A DNA stretch of 64,000 nucleotides. It comes from Lama guanicoe. Lineage: Eukaryota. Numbering within the stretch: position 1 is the stretch's first letter; every line of letters starts with the position of its first letter. The stretch lies in assembly GCA_013239625.1 (NCBI GenBank), contig MU053881.1, forward strand, positions 2,604,001 through 2,668,000, written 5' to 3'. Both the position numbers and the translations under genes were made by a program. The notes beneath the pieces are model-generated. The model was not told where the DNA came from and did no database searches. It saw only the letters and a program-made list of their open reading frames with translations. Below, piece by piece: positions 23,701-34,817 of the stretch.

Positions 23701-24245
23701 CAACAAAATCTCCTCCACCTCCAGATCCCTGGTCTCGCTTCCCAGAGGCAGTCACTGCTGAAAGTTTCATGGGTTTCCTTCCAGAAATTTCCTCTTTAGA
23801 AATAAACCCACAGATGTCTGTCTGTCCTTTTCCTTGCCTACACGCATGGGATCCCACTAGCCATGCTGTCCCCTGGCTTTTTTCACTCAATTTATCTTGG
23901 GCATCTTTCCTCATCACTCCGCACGTTCTAACAGCTGCGGCAGGGGGAGGAGGGGTCCCATGTGTTTGTTCCACATTTCATGAACCCACTTCCTGGTTTT
24001 TCTTCTCATCACCAGCCGCATTCTCACGCACCCTCAGTCTGTCTCCAAGACCATCCCTTGGAGGTGGGCTCGCTGACCCAAGTGCTGTATGCATTGTAAA
24101 CTTTGATAGGAATTGATAAATGTCCTCCCAAAAGGGCTACAACCAATTTACTCCCCCGACAAGAGCAAGGAGGGTTTTGAGCCAAGGAGTGGCATGGTTG
24201 GACTGACATCGTAGAAAGGTCATTCAGTCATTCATTTAACAAATA

Positions 24246-24333
24246 GGAGGGTATAGCTCAGTGGTAGAGTGCGTGCTTAGCATGCATGAGGTCCTAGGTT
24301 CAATCCCCAGTCCCTCCATTAAAAAATATAATA
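24246..24333 (+). mobile_element. tRNA-Ala-derived SINE (camelid Vic-1-like)
   Basis: A box TAGCTCAGTGG, B box GGTTCAATCCC, A-rich tail, TSD AACAAATA; inserted in an L2. Confidence 0.85.
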
Positions 24334-26464
24334 AACAAATAAATATTTATTGGGAGACACTTGCTTACTACGTGCCAGTCATTGTTCTGGACCCTGAGAA
24401 AACATCAAGTAAACACAGCAAAGTCCCCACCCTCCTGGAGCTGGTATTCTAATGGGAGAGACAAGTCATGAGCAATAAACAAACATGTAATTCGGTGGAT
24501 GGGAACAGGTACAATGAAGAAAAACTGAGCAGGGCAAGGGGGATGGAGAGCACCGGCCAGTGCTGGGAAGGAGGCTGTTTTATACAGGATGGGTCAGGGA
24601 AAGCTTCCAGGAGCAGACCATGTGGATATTGGGAAGAAAGGCGTATCAGGCAGAGGAAACAGCCAGTGCAAAGGCCCCAAGGCAGCATTCTCCGAGATCA
24701 GCAAGGCAGCCTGGGTGGCTGAAGCAGCATAATCGTGGGAGAGTGGTAGGAGGCAAGGCCCAGAGCTCTGATGGGGCCAGAAAAATGCAGGAACAAGTGG
24801 GCCATGATAAGGAGCTTCCTCTTACACTGCGTGAGGTGGGGAGACACTGCCCAGTTCTGAGCAAGGGAGGGACATGATCTGCCTTGGGTTTTACTAAGAC
24901 CCCTCTGGCTGCTGTGTTGAGAATAAACTATATGTGGTGAAGGAAAAAGCAGGGATAATCCAGGCAGGAGATGGTGCAGGTTAGTGGCTCAGGGTAGTGG
25001 CCAAATTCTGGATGTATTTTGAAGGTTGATCCATTATGTTCTGCTGATGGGGGAGGTGGGATTCAGGGTGTGAGAAAAAAAGGGGATGCTGGCTGGAGAA
25101 CCAGCACTATGGCTTTGGGGAAGATGGAGGGGAGGTCTGGGGGAACTGGGAGCTCCGCTGGCTTTGGCTGCTGAGTGTATATATATAATAGAACAGAGTT
25201 GCTTACAGATCCAGCGGCCTGCCAGACCTTCTCCTTGGATGGCCCCCAGGCACCATGCACTCAGCTTGTCCAAAATACAGCTCCCCCTTTCCCCAGATCT
25301 CCTGCCCAGCAACCCCCAACCCTAGCAAGAATCCTGCAGGCTGACCCCACCATCACCCCGTACAGCCAGCTGGTTCCTGTCAGTTTCCCTCAGCCCTCTC
25401 AGTCCTGCCAACTCTTCATCCCAGAACCTTCGCTGTACAAGCTCTCATCCTGACTATTGCAGAGAAGGGGCTGGGTGAATGAATGAAGAACTGGATGAAG
25501 GAGACTGATTGAATGAATGATTGGCCAGCCTCCTCACAGGCCTTGGCTAGCCCCTCCCCTCCACACCATCCCTGAGCGATCTTTGAAAACACACATTTCA
25601 GATCATGTCCTTCCTTCAACTGTAAACCATCCCCGTCTCCCCAGGGCCTACACAGACGTAAACTGGTGGCCTCCAGATATATTTTGTTTGGCTCACTTTT
25701 GTTTTTAATCTTGAATTAGTTGAGGGTATTTTACACTAAACATCTGGATTTCCCACTTCTCACTGGTACTACCAGGATGCATTTCTCTAGAGCAGTACTC
25801 AGCTGGTGGGGTGGGGCTCCCCCTTTAGACAGGGCAGTACTCTCCAGTTTGCTGTGGTTCCCACCACTCCCTAATGTCCTGTACCCAACCTGCTTCCCTC
25901 AATTAAATTACCTACCCAGCCCCTATGACACCAGAATTTGTAACCCACAGCCTAGAGGACAAAAGCATAACTCCTAGGTAGCATGTTGCATGGGGTGGGC
26001 TGACAAGGGAGGGGTGATGATAGATGAAGTTGAAAAATTAGACTGTGGTCAAGCTGTGAAGGGCCTTGAATGCCATTTTAGGAAGACTAACCTCTATCCA
26101 GAGGGCCACTGGGAGGAGTGAAGCAGGGGGGTCATGTGGTTGGGTTCATGTTTTTAGCTCAAACTCTGGACAGGAGGGGATCAGGCAGGGCAGAGAAACT
26201 GGTGAGAAGGCTGCTGGGAACAGGAGGAGAGGGAAGAGGCCCAGAGAAAGGTTCCTCCCCACTAGGTGTCCCCTGAGTCTGAGTTTGCTCTCTCTGTGTT
26301 TCAGAACCAGACAGCAGCCTGGGGCCCAAGCATGAGGGCAACTGGGCAGTGCTGAAGACCCAGCCTGGCTCCAGCTGCTTCAAAAGGACTCCAGCCCCCC
26401 AGAATCCCAGCCCACAACCCTCTGCTGCCCACAAGATGGGAGCCTGGGGGCTGCGAGCCCAGCC

Positions 26465-29341
26465 ATGAGGGACTGCTGCCCCTCCCAGCAAAAGGCCGGC
26501 CCTGCACCCCCCAGGCACACCCCTGCCCAAAGCCCAGGCATGGACTCCAGACACAGCAGCTCCAGTGGGGCTGGGGAAGTGGCCTCCTGCTCTGAGGGCC
26601 CTGGCGGGAGCGTGGCCTACCCCTCCCTGACCTGCATCCCTCCCCAGGAGGCAGCCACCAAGGAGACATTAGGGACACGTGGAGCCTTGATCTCAGGGAC
26701 ACCAGAAACCACCTTCTCTGGGAAGCCAGAGCCTGTGTCCTCAGTGAAAACTGACCCTTCATCCTTGGAGAACAGAAATCCTATGTTCTTAGAGAAGATG
26801 GACAGCAAGTCTTCAAAGCAGGCAGATTCCATTTCTACAGGAAAGGAAGATGTTGGGTCCTTGAGGAAGGCAGATCCTATGTTTACAGGAAAGACAGAGC
26901 CTCCAATCTTGGGGAAAGGGGATCCTGTGGCTTCTGGAAGGATGGATCCTTTGACCCCAAGAAAGGAAGATCCTGGATCCTTGGAAAAGTCAGATCCTGA
27001 GAGCTCTAGCAAGATGGAGACAATGTCCCCATGGAAGGAGGATCCTGTATCCTCGGGCAAAGTGGATCCTGCATTTCCAGGAAAGGAGGAGGCCAGGTAT
27101 TTGGGGAAAGAGCTTACAGTATCCTCAGAAGAGGTGGTGGGTCCTCCATCTGTGGGAAAGACAGATCTTGTATCCTTGGGAAAGAGAGATCCTGAGCTCT
27201 CGGGAAAGGTGGATCCCGTGTCCTTGGAAAACATGGATTCTGCATCTGTAGGAAAAACAGATCTTGGGTCCCTGGGAATGCTGACTCCAGGGTCATCAGG
27301 CAACATTAAGACTGTATCTCCTGGAACGGTGGCTCTGGGGTCGTCAGGAAGAGCAGATCCTACTTGCTTTGAGACAACAGATCCTGCATCCACAGGAAAT
27401 GGAGAAATTGTGTCCTCGGCAAAAGAGGACCCTCAGTTCCTGGGAAAGGTGGATCCTGCCTCCTCAGGAAAGCAAGATGTAGTGTCTATGAAAATGACAA
27501 AAACTATGTCTGCTGGACAGGTGGATCCCGTGTTTTCGGGAAAGATGGATCCCACATCTCTGAAAAATATGGATTCTATGTCTTCAGGCAAGGTGGGTCC
27601 AGTTTCTTTGGGAAAGGTGGATCCTGTGTCCTCAGGAAAGCCAGACCCCTTGTCTCCTGGGCAGACAGAACTGATGTTGGTGGGAAAAACAGAAACCACA
27701 TCCTTGGGAAAGGAGGGCCCAGTGTCCTCCAGGAAGGTGGATCCCATTTCCGTGGGAGATACAAAAACATCATCTGGGAAAGTGAACCCTGAATCTTCAG
27801 GAAAGACAGCCCCTGTGTCCTCAGGTCCAGTGGGTCCTCCATCCTCTGTGAAAGCTGAGGCAGTGACTGGGGAAAAAGCAGATCCACTATCTTTGGAAAA
27901 GTCAGATCCTGTGGTCTCAGTAAAGGTGGGCTCCATGGCCTCAGAGAAGGCTGATACCCCAGCCTTGGGCAAAGTGGACCCTGTGAGCAAGGAAAAGGCA
28001 GAAACTGTTTCCGCTGGAGACATGGACTCCGCATCTGCAGGAAAGGTGGCCCCCACGGCCCTAGGAAAAGCCGTCCCGGCATCCACGGGAGAAGCAGAAG
28101 CTGTCCCAGAGGGAAAGGTGGATCCCCTGCCTCCAGAGAAGAGCAATCCTGTGAACTCTACGAAGGTGGATCCCAGGGCCTTGGGGAAAGCAGAACTGCA
28201 GTCTGAGGGCAAAGCAGAAACAAAGCCCCCTGCACAGGAGGGTACTGTGTCCACGTCGCCAGGTAAAGCAGAGGCTAAATCTTTGCAGAACGAGAAGCCG
28301 CTGACCTTGGAGAAGGGGGATCCCGTATCGTCAGGAAAAGCAAGCCCTACTGCCTCTGGGAAGGTGGAGCCTGTAGCCCAAGGGAAGACCGGCTCTGCAC
28401 CTCAGATTAAAGCAGAGCCCCCATCCTCGGGGAAAGGGACCCACCTCACTCTGGGGAAAGCGGAGGCCTCCTCCTCCTCCAGGCAGGCAGATGGCAAACT
28501 CTGCGGCTCAGTTCCATCTCCCGCGGATGGCGGGGGCCACGTGGAGCCAGCGCCACTGCCCAGCTCCGAGGCCTCCAGTCTCGGCCAGAAGGACCCGACG
28601 GTGGTTACGCCCGAGAGAAGCCCGGGTCTGGAGGCTGCAGCGCCCCCGCCGGCACCGCGAACTCGCGACAACTTCACTAAGGCGCCGTCGTGGGAGGCGA
28701 GCGCCCCGCCGCCGCCGCCGCGCGAGGACGCGGGCACGCAGGCGGGCGCGCAGGCCTGCGTCTCGGTGGCCGTGAGCCCCATGTCTCCGCAGGACGGCGC
28801 GGGCGGCCCGGCCTTCAGCTTCCAGGGGGCGCCGCGCGCGCCCAGCCCCGCGCCCGTGCCGCCCTCGCGCCGGGACGCCGGCCTGCAGGTGTCGCTGGGC
28901 GCCGCCGAGACGCGCTCCGTGGCCACCGGGCCCATGACGCCGCAAGCCGCCGCGCCGCCCGCTTTCCCCGAAGTGCGGGTTCGGCCCGGCTCCGCGCTGG
29001 CGGCCGCCGTGGCGCCCCCGGAAGCGTCCGAGCCCGTGCGCGACGTGAGCTGGGACGAAAAGGGCATGACGTGGGAGGTGTACGGCGCCTCCATGGAGGT
29101 GGAGGTGCTGGGCATGGCCATCCAGAAGCATCTGGAACGACAGATCGAGGAGCACGGCCGCCAAGGGGCGCCGGCACCACCGCCTGCCGCCCGCCCGGGC
29201 TCGGGCCCAGGCCGTGCGGGCTCCGTGCGCGCCGCGCCCCCCGAGGGCGGCGCCAAACGCCCGCCGGGCCTTTTCCGCGCGCTGCTGCAGAGTGTGCGCC
29301 GGCCGCGGTGCTGCTCGCGGGCCGGACCCACGGCCGAGTGA
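26465..29341 (+). CDS. GPRIN1: G protein-regulated inducer of neurite outgrowth 1, single coding exon
   Basis: 958-aa ORF with GKxDPxSS repeats and GRIN C-terminal domain ([34 protein letters not shown]...[14 protein letters not shown]). Confidence 0.97.
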   Translation: MRDCCPSQQKAGPAPPRHTPAQSPGMDSRHSSSSGAGEVASCSEGPGGSVAYPSLTCIPPQEAATKETLGTRGALISGTPETTFSGKPEPVSSVKTDPSSLENRNPMFLEKMDSKSSKQADSISTGKEDVGSLRKADPMFTGKTEPPILGKGDPVASGRMDPLTPRKEDPGSLEKSDPESSSKMETMSPWKEDPVSSGKVDPAFPGKEEARYLGKELTVSSEEVVGPPSVGKTDLVSLGKRDPELSGKVDPVSLENMDSASVGKTDLGSLGMLTPGSSGNIKTVSPGTVALGSSGRADPTCFETTDPASTGNGEIVSSAKEDPQFLGKVDPASSGKQDVVSMKMTKTMSAGQVDPVFSGKMDPTSLKNMDSMSSGKVGPVSLGKVDPVSSGKPDPLSPGQTELMLVGKTETTSLGKEGPVSSRKVDPISVGDTKTSSGKVNPESSGKTAPVSSGPVGPPSSVKAEAVTGEKADPLSLEKSDPVVSVKVGSMASEKADTPALGKVDPVSKEKAETVSAGDMDSASAGKVAPTALGKAVPASTGEAEAVPEGKVDPLPPEKSNPVNSTKVDPRALGKAELQSEGKAETKPPAQEGTVSTSPGKAEAKSLQNEKPLTLEKGDPVSSGKASPTASGKVEPVAQGKTGSAPQIKAEPPSSGKGTHLTLGKAEASSSSRQADGKLCGSVPSPADGGGHVEPAPLPSSEASSLGQKDPTVVTPERSPGLEAAAPPPAPRTRDNFTKAPSWEASAPPPPPREDAGTQAGAQACVSVAVSPMSPQDGAGGPAFSFQGAPRAPSPAPVPPSRRDAGLQVSLGAAETRSVATGPMTPQAAAPPAFPEVRVRPGSALAAAVAPPEASEPVRDVSWDEKGMTWEVYGASMEVEVLGMAIQKHLERQIEEHGRQGAPAPPPAARPGSGPGRAGSVRAAPPEGGAKRPPGLFRALLQSVRRPRCCSRAGPTAE
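26800..28460 (+). repeat. GPRIN1: degenerate ~30-bp coding tandem repeat ([12 protein letters not shown] ~10-aa unit)
   Basis: Recurrent GGAAAGGTGGATCCTGT-like units; K-x-D-P roughly every 10 aa. Confidence 0.75.
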
Positions 29342-30259
29342 TCTGCCCCCCTTTTGTACGCCCGGGTTTCCAACCTTCTCAGGCTCCCTTCTTGACCCCA
29401 GGCCCCTGGAAGGGATCCCCTCGACGCACGACAGGCCTCCGAGGGGCGGGCAGCCTCTAGGGTCTTCTCATCCCCTTTCCAGCCCCGCTCCCCTCCTAAA
29501 CACGCAAATGAACCCCCTCTACCTAGCTCCCTCGTGGTCATGAACCCACGAACCCAGCCTTGACACCGCACTGTCCCTTCATAGCCGTCAGCCCCACCCC
29601 CTCCCGGTCACACTGGGCAACCTCCGGGACCCGCTCAGCTCCAGCGCCACCAGCCCAGAGAGCTGAGGCAGGCTCCTGAGATGTTCAGACTGGTGCGCTG
29701 CGTCTCCAGCGGCGGCCAGGTCCCCAGAACGGGAGAGACCGTGTACAAAAGCCCCAAGTGTGCGAGGATTGGAGCGTGAGACCCCCGATGTGCAAGGCCC
29801 GGGGTGTGTGCGAGTGTGTGTCCACGCGGCGGGCTGGCCCCATGGCCTGGGCATCTCTTGCATGCTGGTAGTTGTCCCCAGTTCCTGTCTCCCCCTCACC
29901 TGTCCCAACCCCCAGTCCTATCTCCACCCTCACTGGACACTGGTTCACAATTCCCAGACAGGCCAAAGGTGGCTGCAGGAGTGCCCTGGGGGCTCAGCTG
30001 AAAGGCGAGTCACAGAAAGGTAAGAGGGCTTTAGACGGGTCTAGGCATCACAGTCAGAGGCTCACAGACAGCCTGGGTGACAGCTGGTCTTGGGTACTGG
30101 GGGCAGGATGGAGAGCTCATGTCCCCAAAAGACCACACTCTCCAGCCCCTCATCCCCCAGTGCTGTGAGCCCCACAAGTCTCTTGTGACCACTCAGTAAC
30201 CCTGTCCCCACCCCTCCAGCCGCAATTTTTGGCTACAAACTGTCACAATATACATTGGT

Positions 30260-30265
30260 AATAAA
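30260..30265 (+). terminator. GPRIN1: GPRIN1 poly(A) signal
   Basis: First AATAAA after the GPRIN1 stop, with GT-rich sequence downstream. Confidence 0.8.
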
Positions 30266-30327
30266 ATACTCCCCCAACTCTTGTCAGCTGTGATTGGCTA
30301 GAAGCAGACAGAGGTAGAGCAACATGA

Positions 30328-30333
30328 TATATT
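30328..30333 (-). terminator. CDHR2: candidate CDHR2 variant poly(A) signal AATATA
   Basis: Minus strand TGTAGT-AATATA about 95 nt after the stop; no canonical hexamer seen nearby. Confidence 0.45.
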
Positions 30334-30427
30334 ACTACATTAAGGGAGGGGTGACAAGGCCTCTTCCGAGGTAGACCAGAAGAGTGGGGGGGCGGCTCTG
30401 TGGCCAGGGTCCTGTGGCAGGGCCCCA

Positions 30428-30565
30428 TCACAGGTCCACGGTATTCAGGCCAGGGTTGGTGAAGCCCAGCTCCTCCTGCTGGCCACGGGTGTCAGCTTCC
30501 CGTCCTGACAGCACTCTGCTCAGGGGCTCTAGATCTGGCGCTGTCGGACTGTGTGGGGTCTCCTT
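30428..30565 (-). CDS. CDHR2: CDHR2 exon 32 (last coding)
   Basis: KETPHSPTAPDLEPLS...FTNPGLNTVDL-TGA; 138 nt; summed CDS 3933 nt = 1310 aa. Confidence 0.9.
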   Translation of the reverse strand, partial: KETPHSPTAPDLEPLSRVLSGREADTRGQQEELGFTNPGLNTVDL

Positions 30566-32363
30566 CTGTGGGGAGAGAGGGGAGGTGTGAGGCCCGGGCC
30601 AAGATGCGGTGACCTCCGCAGTCCTGAGGAGAGTGATTACGCCTTCAGGCCCACCACCAGATGGCTCCTTGGCTGGGGCCTCAGTTTCCTGGCTCTGTCC
30701 CACAGGTGGCCATGGCTGCTGGTGGTGCAGATGGGCTCAGGAGAAGGGGTGGGCCTGAGGGGTCTACCCTGGCCTTTGCCCCACCCACGCACATGGTGGC
30801 ACTTTGGTATTCTGCCCAGTCCTGAATAATGCCAGGCCCTGTGTCCTGTGCCAAGGAGCCAGTCCAGGACAGTTCCTACTACCTGCACCACACGGCAAGC
30901 ACCATGCTAGACACCGTCCACCGATTCCCTGAAATACCCACAGGACCCCCTAAGAGAGGGATCATGTCCCCCACTTAACAGATGTGGAAACTGAGGTTCA
31001 GAGGGCCAGGAAGGGGTAGAACAGGGTTTGGACCACTGGTCTTTCTGGCTCTAAAGCCTGTCCATGGCTCACGGCTACCCCTGGTTGAATTTAGCGTGTG
31101 CTGCTACCCTAGAGGGACATGTCACATCCAGGGTCCCGCCTTCAGGTCATCATGGCGCACACTCACTCATCACCTGCCTTTCCTCTTCCCCGTCCCCATG
31201 TGACGTGTCACGCACTCACACACACCTCCTTGCAAGAATCCCTCCTGTGGACCAGCCAGGTCCCCAGGCTCAGCCACTCCACCACAGAGTCACCCAGGAA
31301 AGCAGAGCCCATGTCCCCTCCACCCTCCCTGGGGCACTCCAGGGGCTTTTTCCAGACTGGGGCTGTTCCGGTCCCTGGTAAACAGTGGAACATCTGAGGG
31401 GCCCCAGGAGGACCCAAACATTCTGTCCGTGCTCCCCAGAGCCGCCGCCACAGGCCCCCCTCAGTGGGAGCTGTTAGCACAGTAAGACCCAGGAAATTCA
31501 GCCTGGCCTGGGGGAGAGGAGACCTGGGTTCTGGTCGGCCGCCCCAGCCTTGCCAGCTTTCTGATCTTGGGCAGTTCAGCACCCCTCCCCCGGCCCTGGT
31601 TGCTTGAAAAGTTTGGACTGGATCAGCTCTTTGTTCTCTCAGACCTTCCACACAAACATTCCCGGACGTGTTAGGTGAGTCAGGGCACCGAGGGATTGAT
31701 GGGAAAAGGCCCCACCTGTGTTCCCCACCCAGCGACTCCTCAAGGCCCACCTGCTGCTGCAGGAGCCTCGGGCAGCTTCTCTGAGACATTACAACCCCCT
31801 GCCGTGGCAGGGCAGTCCTGACTCCTTTCCGGGTTCTCAGCAGCCTGACCCCCTCCCTCTCCAGACTCTTCTCTGGAGCTCCCTGACCCTCCCCAGCCCA
31901 CAGATCCAGCCCTACCACTGAGGTTCCCAACTCCAGTCCCCTCTGGAGGACAGATTTGGCCTCTGCCAGGGGCCACCTGCCTGGCCACAAGTTCCAGCCC
32001 ACAAGACTGTTCCCTTCTGCCTCAGTTCCCCCCAGACATGTTCATTGGAGTTTTTGCCCCAAACTACCTTCAACCAGAGATGAGCTGTCCACCCAGAGGC
32101 CTCCAGCACCACCTGGCAGCCCGGCTCACCATCCATGACTCCCATCCTTGGGGACCCGTTTGGAGGCCTCCATGTTACAGCCAGGTCCCTGGGTAGCATT
32201 CTGATATTTTAACACTTACTTGAGGATTTTGTGGACCAAATATTTCCATGTAAGGGGTCCTCAAGGGAAAAGAAGTCTGAAGCATGAGGGAGGGCTGGGG
32301 ACCTCCCGGAGGCAGGGCCCGGCTAGAGGGCAGGACCCAAAGTGGGATGGGATACCCACCCCT

Positions 32364-32387
32364 ACACACACACACACACACACACAC
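32364..32387. repeat. (AC)n microsatellite
   Basis: Seen directly. Confidence 0.95.
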
Positions 32388-33143
32388 GCACGCAGAACTG
32401 TTAAAGCTCAGTGAGCCTTAGAGCTTCTATCCAACGGTGGTTTTCAAACTGGGAAGGAGAGGGTAGTTCCTTCTGGTTCTGGCGCCCCACCCCGCACCCG
32501 GCTCTCTAATCTACTCTCCTGAGTTGGTGGTTGTCATTAGAACCCTGGCAGCTTTAGCAACACACTCATGCCCCGGCCCACCCCGGCTGTCTCATCAGAG
32601 TCTCTGGGCTGTGACCTGACGAGGACGTGATTCCTTGTGATTCCAGTCAGCAGCCCAGGCTATGCAAACGCTTGATCTCATCGAACCAACTAACCTATTG
32701 AACAAATGACGGTACTTCTGCTCATTTGAGCCTAACTTCGCTCCTTGGCTAGATCCCGTTCACCTCCGGATCTCCTCCTAACCCCCCCCACCCCCAGCTT
32801 TTATATAAAGGCTATAAAGGGAGGGAACCAGATTCCCGAGCCCTTGCTTTGTGCCAGATGGTTTTTATACCTGCTCTTATTTTATCCTCACAACAGCCCT
32901 GCGTGCCTGGTGTTCTGATTCCCATTTACAAATGAGAGAACTGAGAACCAGAGGGAGGAAGTCACCCAACCAGGCTCTTAGTGAATGAGTAGAGGAGCAA
33001 GGTTCGGGTCCCCTTCCAAAGCCACGGGGCTTCCCAGAGACACACCCATGTCAGCAGCAGGTCCCCCGAGCTCTTTCCTGAGCCCCACCCCTTCAGAGAA
33101 GGACCCTCAGAAGCTCCAGGCACCAACCCATCCCCCATCTTGC

Positions 33144-33201
33144 CTTGATTTCCTGAGTGTTATTTTCCAGATCCACAGAGTTGTCATCCAGAGAGTTGAG
33201 G
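33144..33201 (-). CDS. CDHR2: CDHR2 exon 31 (GC donor)
   Basis: SLNSLDDNSVDLENNTQEIK; donor AAG|GCAAGA; 58 nt. Confidence 0.85.
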
Positions 33202-33265
33202 CTGTAGGGGAGATAATGGAGCTCAGACAGTTGGTGGGCCCAGTTTTCCCCATCTCTGGCCAACA

Positions 33266-33368
33266 ACCACCACTGCCTCTACCACCACCGCCATCACCAC
33301 CACCACCATCACTACCTCCACTGCCACCATCACCGTTACTACCACCATGACTACCAACCACCAACCAG
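33266..33368. repeat. imperfect (CCA)n / (TGG)n triplet tract filling about half of CDHR2 intron 30
   Basis: Seen directly. Confidence 0.9.
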
Positions 33369-33393
33369 CCTGGCTGCGGGGGGCACTGCTTAC

Positions 33394-33474
33394 CTGATGT
33401 GGTCCAAGTCACTGGAGGAAGACTGAGACTCAAAGCCCAGGTCCTTGGTGGAGAGGTTCAGCATGGGATTGGCC
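33394..33474 (-). CDS. CDHR2: CDHR2 exon 30
   Basis: ANPMLNLSTKDLGFESQSSSSDLDHI; 81 nt. Confidence 0.92.
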
Positions 33475-33555
33475 CTGGAGAGATGGCCCTGTCAAGTGAC
33501 CGTGGGCCTCAGCCACCCCATGGGGCCTCTTACCCACCCTCTGAGCCCTGCTTAC

Positions 33556-33669
33556 CGCTCAGTGTTGTACACGTTAGTCCCAGGGATGGCGGAGGCTAAG
33601 GGCATCACCCCTGCTGCTGTCTTCCGGGCCTCCTTGGCAGCCTTCATAGCCCGAAGCTTCCGGTGGTAG
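33556..33669 (-). CDS. CDHR2: CDHR2 exon 29
   Basis: YHRKLRAMKAAKEARKTAAGVMPLASAIPGTNVYNTE; 114 nt. Confidence 0.94.
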
Positions 33670-34208
33670 CTGTGGGGAATCCGGAGGGGGGAGGCACTAC
33701 TTTCCCTGCACACCTACTGTGTGCTCAGTGCAGGCTCAAAGGGTGTGACTTCCCAACAACCTTGGCAGATGAGACTGTTAGCTCCATCATATGGAAGGTA
33801 CAAGGAGGAACCAGAGAAGGGAAATGATTTGCTGAAGGCCACACAGCTGGCCAGTGGCAAAATCTAGAATCAAACCCAGATGTGGCTACTGGCTCCACAT
33901 GTATTGGAAAGGGGAAAAGATGCAGCATTTATTAAATGCAGAGTATATACCAGACACCCTGCTAGGTATGAGATGCACTCAAGATTGCTTCCTTGAGTGC
34001 TTTGAAGAATCTGGCATCATGCCCATTCTGCAAATGAGGAAACTGAGGCTTGGAGAGGGGAGGTGACCTGCCCCAGCTGTCACGACAGGTCACTGGGGAT
34101 TGAATACAGATAAACCTGACACCTTAGCCCCAGCTCTTTCTACCCCCCAGATATCTTGGGTAGTGGGAGACGTGAGGTTGGAGACACGGTGGGTGAAGGG
34201 AGCAGTAC

Positions 34209-34333
34209 CTCTTCCGGGCACAGATGAGGGCTGTGGTCATGATCACGATGACCAGCAGCAAAGCCACTCCCAATCCTATGACGACATTACGGAGCACGTC
34301 AGGCAGCTCTGTCTCCTGGCTCTCCTGGGAGCC
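34209..34333 (-). CDS. CDHR2: CDHR2 exon 28 (transmembrane)
   Basis: GSQESQETELPDVLRNVVIGLGVALLLVIVIMTTALICARK; 125 nt. Confidence 0.95.
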
Positions 34334-34422
34334 CTGGAGAAGAAGGAGTGTGATGAGGGGAGGCCGTGGGGTCAACATCCCCCGCACCGCACCCCCATTA
34401 CCTCCACGCCGCTGACACTTAC

Positions 34423-34483
34423 CAGCACCACCAGCCCCAGCTGCAGCAGCTGCGTCAGGGAGTCCTGGTCATTCCGGATCATC
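34423..34483 (-). CDS. CDHR2: CDHR2 exon 27
   Basis: MIRNDQDSLTQLLQLGLVVL; 61 nt. Confidence 0.95.
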
Positions 34484-34580
34484 CTGAACACAGAGCCCCG
34501 GTCAGGCCCGAGGGACATTGGCATCCCCCAGGTTTCCTGCTGCTCATCCTCCTGCCCTCCCCAAGGGCAGCCCCACTCAC

Positions 34581-34658
34581 ACACTCAGCTGGTCAAGAGT
34601 CAAAGCCGACCCGTTTGAGAAGACAAAGTAGGCATCAAGGTAGGAACGACTTCGGGCC
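34581..34658 (-). CDS. CDHR2: CDHR2 exon 26
   Basis: ARSRSYLDAYFVFSNGSALTLDQLS; 78 nt. Confidence 0.93.
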
Positions 34659-34748
34659 CTGGAATGGGGCGGAGGTGGAGTCAGCCACCCAGAACCACCC
34701 AGCAGTCCCCTCTCCCTCGCCCCAACCACCCATCCTGTGGGTGCTCAC

Positions 34749-34817
34749 CGAGCTGCAGAGTCTATGTCCTGAATGTTCACAGTGTAGACAGTAGTCCTGG
34801 TCGCCTGGGCAAGAGCA
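34749..34817 (-). CDS. CDHR2: CDHR2 exon 25
   Basis: ALAQATRTTVYTVNIQDIDSAA; 69 nt. Confidence 0.93.

Noticed and set aside
26617..29571. Long antisense ORFs (258, 273 and 389 aa)
   Set aside because: Shadows of the repetitive or GC-rich GPRIN1 CDS; no recognisable domains
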